Assembly: GCA_015487785.1 (NCBI GenBank)
Contig: WFPC01000050.1
Coordinates: 8,400 to 72,399 of the forward strand
DNA length: 64,000 nucleotides
Origin: Gammaproteobacteria bacterium
GTDB lineage: Bacteria; Pseudomonadota; Gammaproteobacteria; S012-40
Reading direction: 5' to 3'
Positions 11,737 through 20,600 of this stretch are shown in pieces. The notes below the pieces were generated by a model. The model was not told the DNA's origin, searched no databases, and saw only the letters and a list, made by a program, of their open reading frames with translations. Within the stretch, counting starts at the first letter, position 1. The number at the start of each line of letters is the position of its first letter. Both the position numbers and the translations under genes were made by a program.

Positions 11737-11813
11737 CGGGGTATAGCGCAGTCTGGTAGCGCGCCTGCTTTGGGAGCAGGATGTCGGGAGTTCGAATCTC
11801 TCTACCCCGACCA
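11737..11813 (+). tRNA. tRNA-Pro (anticodon TGG)
   Basis: Cloverleaf folded by hand: acceptor CGGGGTA/TACCCCG, anticodon loop TTTGGGA, T-loop TTCGAAT, encoded CCA. Confidence 0.85.
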
Positions 11814-11859
11814 AACATGTTGCGCCCGGGCGCTGCCAGTGTTCAGCAGGTGACGCCAT

Positions 11860-11936
11860 GCGCCCGTAGCTCATCTGGATAGAGCATCGGCCTTCTAAGC
11901 CGAGGGTAGCAGGTTCGAATCCTGCCGGGCGCGCCA
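11860..11936 (+). tRNA. tRNA-Arg (anticodon TCT)
   Basis: Acceptor GCGCCCG/CGGGCGC, anticodon loop CTTCTAA, T-loop TTCGAAT, encoded CCA. Confidence 0.85.
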
Positions 11937-11960
11937 TGCACCGTACCGATACCAGTCAAT

Positions 11961-12037
11961 GGTGGCTGTAGCTCAGTTGGTAGAGCCCTGGATTGTGATT
12001 CCAGTCGTCGTGGGTTCGAGTCCCATCAGCCACCCCA
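11961..12037 (+). tRNA. tRNA-His (anticodon GTG)
   Basis: Extra 5' G (G-1) characteristic of tRNA-His, anticodon loop TTGTGAT, T-loop TTCGAGT, encoded CCA. Confidence 0.85.
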
Positions 12038-12042
12038 TTCAG

Positions 12043-12075
12043 CAAAGCCGGCCTCGCGCCGGCTTTGCTCTTCTA
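12043..12075 (+). terminator. intrinsic terminator after the tRNA operon
   Basis: Stem AAAGCCGGC/GCCGGCTTT with loop CTCGC, followed by a T-rich tract. Confidence 0.45.
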
Positions 12076-12169
12076 TTTCGCCAGCCGATGCTTTTCACTC
12101 CAAACCTGTGCCAAGGCGGCGACGAAGCCTGCCGGCTCCTGGGGATGCTGTGAAGCATCCGCAATGGGT

Positions 12170-12898
12170 TCAGAAGAAAAAGCTGTAACCCATTTGCACC
12201 GTGATATCCATGAATTGATAATCGTAGCCGCCCTGGCTGAGTACGGGGCCGGCGCCGGTCGCCCGCAGCAACCAGTTGCGATAGCGATATTCCATCAATA
12301 CTGCCACCGAGAAAGCACCACCGCTGATGTCGAACTTGTGTCTCTGGCCGTCACTGCGGGTATAGACGATATCGCCCTTGGCCTTCAGGTAGCCGATGCC
12401 CGCGCCTATGCCGAGTTTGAGGGAGTGCCCGCGCATGTCCTTGTCGCCGAAATGGTAGAAGAACACCGGTGAGGCATAGAAGAAATAACCCTTGGCCGAG
12501 GTGCCCAGGTCCAGCGGGTCGCTATCGTTTTCATTGACCAGTTGTTTGTCGATGGAGAAGGGCGAAATGCTGAAGGTGAAATTGTAGCCCCAGTTGGAAG
12601 CATCGAAATAGCTATAGGCGGTGCCCAGGCTGAGGAAGGGGACTATGTCCATTTCGGTTTGCAGTTCACCCTGGGTGGTCTGGGTGGCGGAATCGCTCAC
12701 GTCCAGCACCATTTGCTTGCCGGCGATGCCAATATCCACATAAGCGCGGGAGAAGGAAGCGTGTACCGCTTCGATGCCATCGCCCCAGGCAGGTGATGCC
12801 AGCAACAACAGACAAATCCAGCATGACGGATGATGAGGAAAGGCAGATGCTGGGCGCACGGGTCGATTCCGTTTCGATAATCCGTTTTCTGCCAGCAT
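12170..12898 (-). CDS. small outer-membrane beta-barrel protein
   Basis: Signal-peptide-like N-terminus, alternating hydrophobic beta-strand pattern, C-terminal YSFFF (terminal aromatic OMP signature). Divergent from the pst-like operon. Confidence 0.6.
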   Translation of the reverse strand: MLAENGLSKRNRPVRPASAFPHHPSCWICLLLLASPAWGDGIEAVHASFSRAYVDIGIAGKQMVLDVSDSATQTTQGELQTEMDIVPFLSLGTAYSYFDASNWGYNFTFSISPFSIDKQLVNENDSDPLDLGTSAKGYFFYASPVFFYHFGDKDMRGHSLKLGIGAGIGYLKAKGDIVYTRSDGQRHKFDISGGAFSVAVLMEYRYRNWLLRATGAGPVLSQGGYDYQFMDITVQMGYSFFF

Positions 12899-12944
12899 AG
12901 CACAAGCTCACGAGCACGGGTATGGGTGTAACGAGAAGCGCACT

Positions 12945-13805
12945 GTGGCGACTATTTATCCGGTGGACGATTGCAGGAGGTGTGTAGTGGGACGTTGGTT
13001 GCTGCTGTTGTTGTCGTTGGTGTGCCTGCCCTTGCAGGCTGTGGAACGCATTCGTGTGGTGGGGTCGACCACGGTGCTGCCCATCATGGCCGAGGCAGCC
13101 AAGGTATTTCGCCAGCGCCATCCCCAGGTGAAGCTGACGGTTGCCGGCGGCGGTTCGGGCGTCGGTGTGGCCAGTGTCGTGCGGGGCATGGCGGAAATCG
13201 GCATGGTTTCGCGTTCGCTGACGGCAAGGGAAAGAAAACGCCTGGGGGAACGGGTGGAGCTAGTCCCCATTGCCCGTGATGCGGTGGCGGTGGCGGTGTC
13301 CAAGGAGGTTTACCTGAGCGGGGTGAGACGATTGACTCTGAAGCAGGTGGCGGCAATCTATCGTGGCGAGATCGACAACTGGAAGGCCCTGGGAGGTACC
13401 GACAAACCCATTCTGGTGGTGGACAAGGAGGCCTCGCGCGGCACCCGCCATGTGTTTGCCCGCGTGGTTCTGGGACATCCCCATGCCCGCGCGCCCGGTG
13501 CCAAGATCCTTTCCGGTTCCAACAACGAGGAGAAGGCCATTCTGGCCGGCAGTGACAAGGCCATCGGCATGTTGTCCCATGCCTGGCTCGATGATGCGGT
13601 ACGCGGGATCGCCGTCGTGGTCGATGGGCAGGTGGTCGAACCCAGCCTGGAAAACATCGCCAATGGTCGTTATCCCATTGGACGTGATCTCAGCCTGCTG
13701 GTGCCCGTGGATCGTACGCGGTGGGTACAGCGGTTGATGGATTTTCTACTGTCGCCCGAAGGCCAGGCTATCGTGCAACGTAGTGGTTATGTGCCGGTAA
13801 TGTGA
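12945..13805 (+). CDS. PstS-family phosphate ABC substrate-binding protein
   Basis: PstS/PBP motifs (VVGSTTVLPIMAEAAKVFRQRHP, VAGGGSGVGV) with a signal peptide. Confidence 0.85.
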   Translation: MATIYPVDDCRRCVVGRWLLLLLSLVCLPLQAVERIRVVGSTTVLPIMAEAAKVFRQRHPQVKLTVAGGGSGVGVASVVRGMAEIGMVSRSLTARERKRLGERVELVPIARDAVAVAVSKEVYLSGVRRLTLKQVAAIYRGEIDNWKALGGTDKPILVVDKEASRGTRHVFARVVLGHPHARAPGAKILSGSNNEEKAILAGSDKAIGMLSHAWLDDAVRGIAVVVDGQVVEPSLENIANGRYPIGRDLSLLVPVDRTRWVQRLMDFLLSPEGQAIVQRSGYVPVM

Positions 13806-14647
13806 TGTTGCGGATCTATATGCATGTTTCGGCTCTGTTGGTAGGGCTGGTCTTGTTTTTGTTGCTGGGCTTTCTGTGGTTCGGAGCCTGGCCGTTTTTA
13901 CGCCAGGATGGGATCGCTTCGTTGTTTGCCTCCCAGTGGTATCCCTTCGAGGGGCTTTTTGGCATGGCGCCGGCCTTGCTGGGGAGTCTGTGGGTAGTCC
14001 TGCTGGCCCTGTTCCTTGCCCTGCCACTGGCACTGGCGGGTGCGGTATTCAACCTCGAGTTGATGCCGTCGCGTTGGCAGGGTTTCTTGCGTCTGGGCAT
14101 GCAGGTTCTGGCGGGTATTCCTTCGGTGGTCTACGGCTTGATGGGCCTGTGGCTGTTGTTGCCCTTGCTGGAGAGCCAGTTGGAGCTGTTGACCGGGCGC
14201 AGCCTGCTGGCGGCGGGTTTGTTGCTGGCGCTGATGATTCTACCTACTCTCATGGTTATGAGCGAGGAAGCCTTGCACGGGGTGAGGGCAGAACAAAAGG
14301 AAAGCGCCATCAATCTGGGCTTGGACTGGAATCAACGGCTGTGGCGCGTCTTGTTGCCACAAGCCTGGCCGGGTATTCGTTCGGCGTGCTTGTTGGCGCT
14401 GGGCCGGGCCCTGGGTGAAACGGTGGCGGTGATGTTGGTGGTGGGCTCCATGGATCGCTTGCCCCAGCCCTGGTACAACCTGTTGCAGCCGGCGCAGACG
14501 CTCACATCGCGTATCGGGCGGGAAATCGGCGAAGCCGGCATGGGTTCGCTGCATTGGAGCGCCCTGATGGCCAGCGGGCTGTTGCTGGCCATGCTGGCTC
14601 TATTGTTGGCGTCGCTGGCCCAATTGATGGGCAGGGAGAAGAGATGA
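13802..14647 (+). CDS. PstC-like ABC permease
   Basis: Multi-TM permease with the ABC EAA-like loop. Overlaps neighbours by 4 nt at both ends, indicating translational coupling. Confidence 0.85.
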   Translation: MMLRIYMHVSALLVGLVLFLLLGFLWFGAWPFLRQDGIASLFASQWYPFEGLFGMAPALLGSLWVVLLALFLALPLALAGAVFNLELMPSRWQGFLRLGMQVLAGIPSVVYGLMGLWLLLPLLESQLELLTGRSLLAAGLLLALMILPTLMVMSEEALHGVRAEQKESAINLGLDWNQRLWRVLLPQAWPGIRSACLLALGRALGETVAVMLVVGSMDRLPQPWYNLLQPAQTLTSRIGREIGEAGMGSLHWSALMASGLLLAMLALLLASLAQLMGREKR

Positions 14648-15483
14648 CACGAGGACACTGGAGCAAATTGCTCATTGCACTACTGGCACTGCCGGCCCTG
14701 CTGTTGCCCGCTGCCAGCCTGGGCTACATTCTCTGGCGTGCCGGCCCGGTGTTGGATTGGGCCTTCGTCAGCAGCGCCGACGAGGGTATGGGCTTCGGCG
14801 TGGCCAGCGGAATTCTGCCCCAGTTGACCGGTTCGCTGTTGCTGGCTTTTAGCGCCTGTCTACTGGCTGCACCGGTGGCACTGGGCTGCGCCCTGTATTA
14901 TCAACTGTGTGCCGGCACTGGCCGGCGTGGCATCTTGCTGATCCTGTTGCAAATGTTGCAAGGGATACCACCCATTGTCTTTGGCCTGGCCGGTTTGCTG
15001 ATCTTCGTCTATCTGTTGGACTGGGGCGTGTCACTGGCCAGCGGCGCGGTGGTATTGGCTGGTGTGGTTCTGCCGTTGTTGACGGTGAATGTCATCGATG
15101 CCCTGCAGCGTTTGCCAACACACTACAGCGAGAGTGCGCGTTCGCTGGGCCTGAGGGATGGAGAGCTGATCATGCGGGTGTGGTTGCCCATGGCCTGGCC
15201 GGGCATACTCACCGGTTTGTTACTGGCCATGGCCCGAGCCCTGAGTGAAACCGCACCCATTCTGTTCACCGCCACGGTCTTCTCCGGTGCCGGTTGGCCC
15301 GATTCCATCTTCGAACCAGTGACCACCCTGCAAACCCATGTTTTCTATCTTGCCCAGGAAGCCGCCGATGAACAGGCGGTGGCCACGGCCTGGGGCAGTG
15401 CCGCAGTATTGGTGGGAGTGGTGCTCATTTTCGCCTTGCTGGCTCAGTGTCTGAGACGCATGAGTGGATCTCGGAGTGATTGA
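14644..15483 (+). CDS. PstA-like ABC permease
   Basis: ATGA overlap with the pstC-like stop. Multi-TM permease with the motif ARSLGL. Confidence 0.85.
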   Translation: MTRGHWSKLLIALLALPALLLPAASLGYILWRAGPVLDWAFVSSADEGMGFGVASGILPQLTGSLLLAFSACLLAAPVALGCALYYQLCAGTGRRGILLILLQMLQGIPPIVFGLAGLLIFVYLLDWGVSLASGAVVLAGVVLPLLTVNVIDALQRLPTHYSESARSLGLRDGELIMRVWLPMAWPGILTGLLLAMARALSETAPILFTATVFSGAGWPDSIFEPVTTLQTHVFYLAQEAADEQAVATAWGSAAVLVGVVLIFALLAQCLRRMSGSRSD

Positions 15484-16282
15484 CGTGAATACGCAAATAA
15501 ATATCGAGTCGAGGCAGCGCACACAGGCGGCTTCATCGTCCTTGCAGGTTCGGGGCTTGAGTCTGCGACTGGATGGCCGGGTGGTGCTGCGCGATGTGAC
15601 ATTGCAACTTCCTGCCACCGGCATAACCACTCTGATCGGTCCCTCCGGGGCGGGCAAGACCTCCCTGCTGCGGTGTTTGAACGGCCTGCTGGAGCATTGG
15701 CAGGGAGAAGTCCGCATTGCAGGGAAGGATACGCGTCAATGGCCCGGTGGTTGGGATGCCCTGCGTCGTCATGTGGGTCTGCTTGGACAAAAGCCTTGTG
15801 TCTTTCCGCTTTCCATTCGTGCCAATGTGGTATTTGGCATTCAGGGCTTTTGGCGTCGGCGGCGTGCTGCGGCGCGGGTAGAACACTATCTGCGCCAGGC
15901 GGCCTTGTGGGACGAGGTGGCCGAGCGCCTGCAGCAACCGGCGCAGCGTCTGTCCATAGGTCAACAACAGCGCCTGTGTCTGGCTCGTGCGTTGGCAGTG
16001 AAGCCGCGCATGCTGTTGCTGGACGAGCCCACCGCTTCACTGGATCCGACATCCAAACACCTGATCGAACGATCCATTGGCCGGTTGGCCAATGAACTAC
16101 CGGTGTTGTGGGTTACCCATGATCTGGAGCAGGCCCGACGCCTGGGTGGGCAGGTCGTGTTCATGTGTGAGGGACGCATTATCGAACAGGGCGCGAGTGA
16201 AGCATTTTTTCGCCGGCCACAACGCCTGGAGAGTCGTGAATTCATCAATTGGCAGGTATGCGACTGTGGCGGGCCGTCATAG
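15464..16282 (+). CDS. PstB-like ABC ATP-binding protein
   Basis: Walker A (GPSGAGKTS), ABC signature (LSIGQQQRL), Walker B (LLLDEPTASLD). Start is a GTG; the exact start is uncertain. Confidence 0.85.
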   Translation: MDLGVIDVNTQINIESRQRTQAASSSLQVRGLSLRLDGRVVLRDVTLQLPATGITTLIGPSGAGKTSLLRCLNGLLEHWQGEVRIAGKDTRQWPGGWDALRRHVGLLGQKPCVFPLSIRANVVFGIQGFWRRRRAAARVEHYLRQAALWDEVAERLQQPAQRLSIGQQQRLCLARALAVKPRMLLLDEPTASLDPTSKHLIERSIGRLANELPVLWVTHDLEQARRLGGQVVFMCEGRIIEQGASEAFFRRPQRLESREFINWQVCDCGGPS

Positions 16283-16342
16283 TGAAGGCATGGCCGCCGC
16301 TCATGGCTTGTTGTACAAGGTGATGGCACATTGTGCTGTGCA

Positions 16343-16842
16343 TTACCCAACCAGCAATGCACGTCCTCTTATGGTGCACTGTAACTGTATGTTGCGCCGT
16401 GCCAGGCTGGCCAGTTCCATGGCTGCGGGCTCGGCCAGACGTCGCACGCACAGCTTGTCGAAACGCCGCAGATTTCTTGCCTGTTGTTTCCACCACACTT
16501 CCGCATTATGCTGCTGATAGGTATAGATGATCACGTTCTTGGCCCAAGCGCAGGCCTTGCGAACGCGTTTCTCGTCCGGCGGGCCGAGTTCTATCCGCAA
16601 TTCGACCTCATCGTGCAGATTCCTCAGCCACAGATCGGGCTCGCCGTCGGTACTCAAGCCTCGGCCAAAAAGCAGCCGTCCATCGGCGTGCAGGGCAAAG
16701 GCTAGCAGACGAACCATCATGCGTTGTTCTGTTTCCGAGGGGTGACGGGCGAGGGTGAGACTGCGCGTCTGATAATATTATAGTTTCGGTTGAGATCGGC
16801 GATTTGCAACTCGGCTTTGAAGATAGTGGCCTTGAGCGCCAT
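16343..16842 (-). pseudogene. yaeQ: yaeQ-family gene disrupted by a frameshift
   Basis: N-terminal 21 codons (MALKATIFKAELQIADLNRNY, ATG at 16842) match the YaeQ N-terminus, then hit a stop. The remaining YaeQ (…YQTRSLTLARHPSETEQRMMVRLLAF...) continues in the +2 frame as ORF 16343..16720. A 5-nt AATAT segment (equivalently a 1-nt loss) between the AACTAT and TATCAG codons causes the shift. Confidence 0.6.
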
Positions 16843-17005
16843 GGGGTACCCTTGCAAGAGCAGGCAGGGAGTACAGAGTATACACCTGCGCACAGAAATG
16901 TGACGCGGATGGCGTCGGAGCGGCGTGCTTGCATCTAGACTATATTCATGTATTAATCCGCAGCATCACCCATGAAAACAAGCCATGAGGCAAGAGGAGG
17001 CAGCA

Positions 17006-17734
17006 ATGAAGAAACGGTTACTGGGCATCATGCTTGGAGCCCTGGCAGGGGGCTCGGTACAGGCGGCGGCACTGGATGTGGGCAAGATCAGTAGCCAGGG
17101 CCAGTCGGTATTCAAGGCCTTGTCGGAAGATCTGGCAGCAGCGCTCAGCTACAAGGCCATTACTCCGGCCGAGCCGCTGGGGGTGGTGGGTTTCGATATT
17201 GGCGTGGAAGTCACGGGAACCCAGCCGGCCAATGCCAAGGACTGGGCCGCGGCGGTGGGCGAGAGTGATGTGTCGCTGCTACCCGCGCCCAAGCTGCATG
17301 CCTTCAAGGGGCTGCCGCTGAGCCTGGATGTGGGGGCAGTCTATTCGGCCATCCCGGGTACCGGCATTCAATACTACGGTGGCGAGCTGCGCTATAGTTT
17401 TGTCAGCGGTAATGTGGCCATTCCAGCCCTGGCCATTCGCGGTGCCTATACCGCACTGACTGGGGTCGACACCCTTGAAATGAATACCAAGAGTGTAGAA
17501 CTCACCATCTCCAAGGGATTTCTGATGTTTACCCCCTATGCGGGCATTGGCCAGGTATGGGCTACCAGCACGCCTTCGGGTTCGGTGGCCAATGTGTTCA
17601 GTGAAGAAAGCCTGAGCCTGTCCAAGTGGTATGTGGGTATCAATATCAACCTGGGGCTGGTGAATCTGGCTTTTGAAACCGACCAGACCGGTGATGCCAC
17701 CTCGTATTCCGGCAAGCTGGGGTTTCGTTTCTAG
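17006..17734 (+). CDS. secreted beta-rich, outer-membrane-like protein
   Basis: ATG at 17006 after gaggagg (RBS), signal peptide MKKRLLGIMLGALAGGSVQA, amphipathic beta pattern, C-terminal GFRF. Confidence 0.6.
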   Translation: MKKRLLGIMLGALAGGSVQAAALDVGKISSQGQSVFKALSEDLAAALSYKAITPAEPLGVVGFDIGVEVTGTQPANAKDWAAAVGESDVSLLPAPKLHAFKGLPLSLDVGAVYSAIPGTGIQYYGGELRYSFVSGNVAIPALAIRGAYTALTGVDTLEMNTKSVELTISKGFLMFTPYAGIGQVWATSTPSGSVANVFSEESLSLSKWYVGININLGLVNLAFETDQTGDATSYSGKLGFRF

Positions 17735-17746
17735 CCCTTCATACCC

Positions 17747-17787
17747 CCGGGAAAGCGCCCCGTTAACGGGGCGCTTTACATTCTGCC
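17747..17787 (+). terminator. intrinsic terminator
   Basis: Stem AAGCGCCCC/GGGGCGCTT with loop GTTAA, followed by TT. Confidence 0.4.
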
Positions 17788-17895
17788 AGCACGTCGCGCA
17801 ACCTCGATCTGGGGCTCATGGTTTCGCTTAAGAATACAGCAAGAAAGCATTGCTAAGCTGAGCTGTCGCTTGTTGGCGGTTTCATGAGGTAGCCC

Positions 17896-20346
17896 ATGTC
17901 CTTGCGTTATTTCGTCCTGCCAGCCGTTTTGCTGATTCCGGCCTTGGTCATGGCCGCGAATGTCATACCCAATGATCCAAACTACGATGCCTCGGCCTAT
18001 GCCAGTATCGATCTGCCCACTGCCTGGGAAACCACCACGGGAAGCCCTTCCGTGACGGTGGCGGTGATCGACGATGCCGTCGAGATCACGCATCCGGATT
18101 TGGCCGGTAATATCCACACCAGTAGTTATGATGTCGAACGCAGGGATAATGATCCCAGCCCGGAGTTGTGCAGCCAGGGCCCGGAAACCCGCAAGGAAGC
18201 CCATGGTACCGGTGTGGCCGGTGTGGTGGGGGCAGTGGGCAACAACGGGGTTGGTATCGCCGGCGTGAACTGGAAGGTGAGCCTGCTGGCCATTCGCGTG
18301 GGTTGCATGATCGGTTCCAGTCAGGTGCTGGAGGCCATTCGTTATGCCGTGAACCAAGGCGCGCGTATCATCAATGCCAGTTTTGCCAGTTACGAGCGTT
18401 ATGATCAGGCCACACGTGAGGGAATTTCCCGTCTGCTGGAAGACAACGATGCCCTGTTGATCGTCTCCGCGGCCAACACTCATGGCGACAACGATTACTC
18501 GCCCGTGGATCCGGCCAATATAGACAGCCCCAATATCATCGTCGTCGCCGCCAGTGACAATACCGGCAAACTGACACACTGGAGCCACTACGGTGTGACT
18601 AGTGTGGATCTGGCGGCGCCTGGTGTGAAAATTCTCACCACGGGACTGGACAACACCTATCGCCGCCAGACAGGAACCTCGTATTCCGCGCCCATGGTGG
18701 CCGGGGTGGCGGCCTTGTTGCTGAGTGCTCGTCCCGATTTGAGTGCACGTGAATTGCGCGCCATTCTGCTGGCCTCTGTGACACCACTGGCCAATGGCCG
18801 TGCCACGAGTCGGCAGGGATTACCTCTGGCCAAGTTGGTGACTGATGGCGTGGTCAATGCGGCCGCAGCCATGCAGATTTCCAGTCAGCCCAGACCTTTG
18901 CCGATTTTGCATGCCATTGAAGTGGACGATGCCACACTGGGCAATGGCAACGGGGTGATAGACAGTGACGAGCGTTTCGAACTCGTTCTCACTATCGAGG
19001 ATGCTTGGCCCAACAGCGGACTCGGCGCACTCGATGCCAGGCTCACCAGTACCGCTGACGAAGTGAACATAGAGAATGCACAGCAGCTCTTGACCTTCAC
19101 GTCTGACGACAAGGGGCGTTCTCTGGCCTCGGCGCGTTTTCGGGTGGCGGTGAGTGAAATCACCGCGCATCGGCGTTTCAGTTTCGATCTGCACCTGGAA
19201 GGAACAGGCGCGAATCTGGTACGGAGTTTCGAGCTGGAAGCCGGGCCCTTGCGCAATGCCCAGACCGTCTCTGGCGTGTTGCAACAAAACGAGTTCGACG
19301 ATTTTCAGACTTTCACCCTGGATGTTCCCGCGCAGGCCCGTGTCGTGGTTTTCGAACTACAGCATGAAGGCGTAGACGATGGGCGGATACCGGATCTGGT
19401 GGTGGCACGCAATACCAGGCCGGTCTTGCAGATGAACACTACGGCGAATGATGTGAGTCGGGGCGGGCGTTTCAGCTATTATCGCGCGACGAACGGTTCA
19501 CTGGAGGGCACTTGGCGTGCCGTGGTCTATCATCGCATGCTGGGTGACAATACCCTTGCAGGGCAGCCCAAGGCTTTTTCCCTGCGGGGTTGCTACCTGA
19601 CGGAAGAGCAACTGGCGGTGACTCCCCAGGTGGAGGTATTGGCAGACAAAACCGTGGTCGAGCCTGGCGCCAGGGTAAACTTGAAAGGCATGGCGTCACT
19701 GGGCAGCAATCGTTTCTTTTGGTGGGAGCTGGCGGCAGACACGGGCGCCATGGGTGGGGTACTTCCCCGGCTGGAAGGCGATGACACGCTGGAGCCCTAT
19801 TTCGTCGCCCCTGACAGTGGCAGCTTCACCATCACACTGAATATCTCTGATGAAAACTGCCGGCAGGGTTCCGCCTCGGTGACAATACAGGTACAGGAAG
19901 CCTCCGATCTCAAGTCGGGTTTCACCCTGGAGCCGCGCGCCATCGATATTGTCGAAGGGGTCGACCTGCGTCGTTTCGTGCAGGCCATCGTGAACGATCA
20001 GGTCAATGGCATGCTGGAGGATGTGGTCGAATTTCGTCTGGTCGACGGGCCTCCCGGCGTGAGTCTGGAGAATGATTTCCTGATCTGGCCCAACGCCGGA
20101 CCTGCGGGGACATATTTCCTCACCTTCGTCGCACGCACGAGGGGGGGCGAGGCGCAATATGCACAAATGAAAATCACCGTGAGAGACAGCAGTGGCAACA
20201 CCATTTCGGCTTCCGGCATGAGTCGCACCGCGTCGGGCTGCAGCATGGGTGGGCCGCAGGGCTTCGATCCCAGTTTGCCGGTTCTGCTGTTGTTTTCTCT
20301 CCTGTATGTGCTGCGCGAAAGAAAGGTGTGTGTGGCATTGCATTGA
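17896..20346 (+). CDS. secreted S8 subtilisin-like serine protease with a C-terminal TM/basic anchor tail
   Basis: Signal peptide; catalytic Asp (VAVIDDAVEITHPDL), His (HGTGVAG) and Ser (GTSYSAPMVAG). Large beta-rich C-terminal extension ending ...GGPQGFDPSLPVLLLFSLLYVLRERK. Confidence 0.9.
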   Translation: MSLRYFVLPAVLLIPALVMAANVIPNDPNYDASAYASIDLPTAWETTTGSPSVTVAVIDDAVEITHPDLAGNIHTSSYDVERRDNDPSPELCSQGPETRKEAHGTGVAGVVGAVGNNGVGIAGVNWKVSLLAIRVGCMIGSSQVLEAIRYAVNQGARIINASFASYERYDQATREGISRLLEDNDALLIVSAANTHGDNDYSPVDPANIDSPNIIVVAASDNTGKLTHWSHYGVTSVDLAAPGVKILTTGLDNTYRRQTGTSYSAPMVAGVAALLLSARPDLSARELRAILLASVTPLANGRATSRQGLPLAKLVTDGVVNAAAAMQISSQPRPLPILHAIEVDDATLGNGNGVIDSDERFELVLTIEDAWPNSGLGALDARLTSTADEVNIENAQQLLTFTSDDKGRSLASARFRVAVSEITAHRRFSFDLHLEGTGANLVRSFELEAGPLRNAQTVSGVLQQNEFDDFQTFTLDVPAQARVVVFELQHEGVDDGRIPDLVVARNTRPVLQMNTTANDVSRGGRFSYYRATNGSLEGTWRAVVYHRMLGDNTLAGQPKAFSLRGCYLTEEQLAVTPQVEVLADKTVVEPGARVNLKGMASLGSNRFFWWELAADTGAMGGVLPRLEGDDTLEPYFVAPDSGSFTITLNISDENCRQGSASVTIQVQEASDLKSGFTLEPRAIDIVEGVDLRRFVQAIVNDQVNGMLEDVVEFRLVDGPPGVSLENDFLIWPNAGPAGTYFLTFVARTRGGEAQYAQMKITVRDSSGNTISASGMSRTASGCSMGGPQGFDPSLPVLLLFSLLYVLRERKVCVALH

Positions 20347-20369
20347 GCTTTGAACGTGTGGAGTTGCAG

Positions 20370-20397
20370 ACGGCCAGGGTTCCCTGGCCATTTTTTT
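20370..20397 (+). terminator. intrinsic terminator after the subtilase gene
   Basis: GGCCAGGG-TTC-CCTGGCC followed by ATTTTTTT. Confidence 0.6.
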
Positions 20398-20600
20398 GCG
20401 TGAAACTATCAACCGGAGCTTGGTATTGCCGCCAGGATGAGATAAAAATCTTCGAAAAGGGGGAAAATTTTTCAAAAAGAGCTAGAATTTTTTAAAGTAA
20501 TCAAGACAGGCACCGAAGAAGTTTGCACGTGGTTATTTTTTTTGTGATGATACGCCCATTGTCCGGGGGTTCCCAATAGCTCAGCAAGGAGTGAACACAG

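Noticed and set aside
12899-12944. Pho box in the OMP/pstS divergent intergenic region
   Set aside because: No convincing CTGTCAT-N4-CTGTCAT-like direct repeats in the 46-bp spacer.
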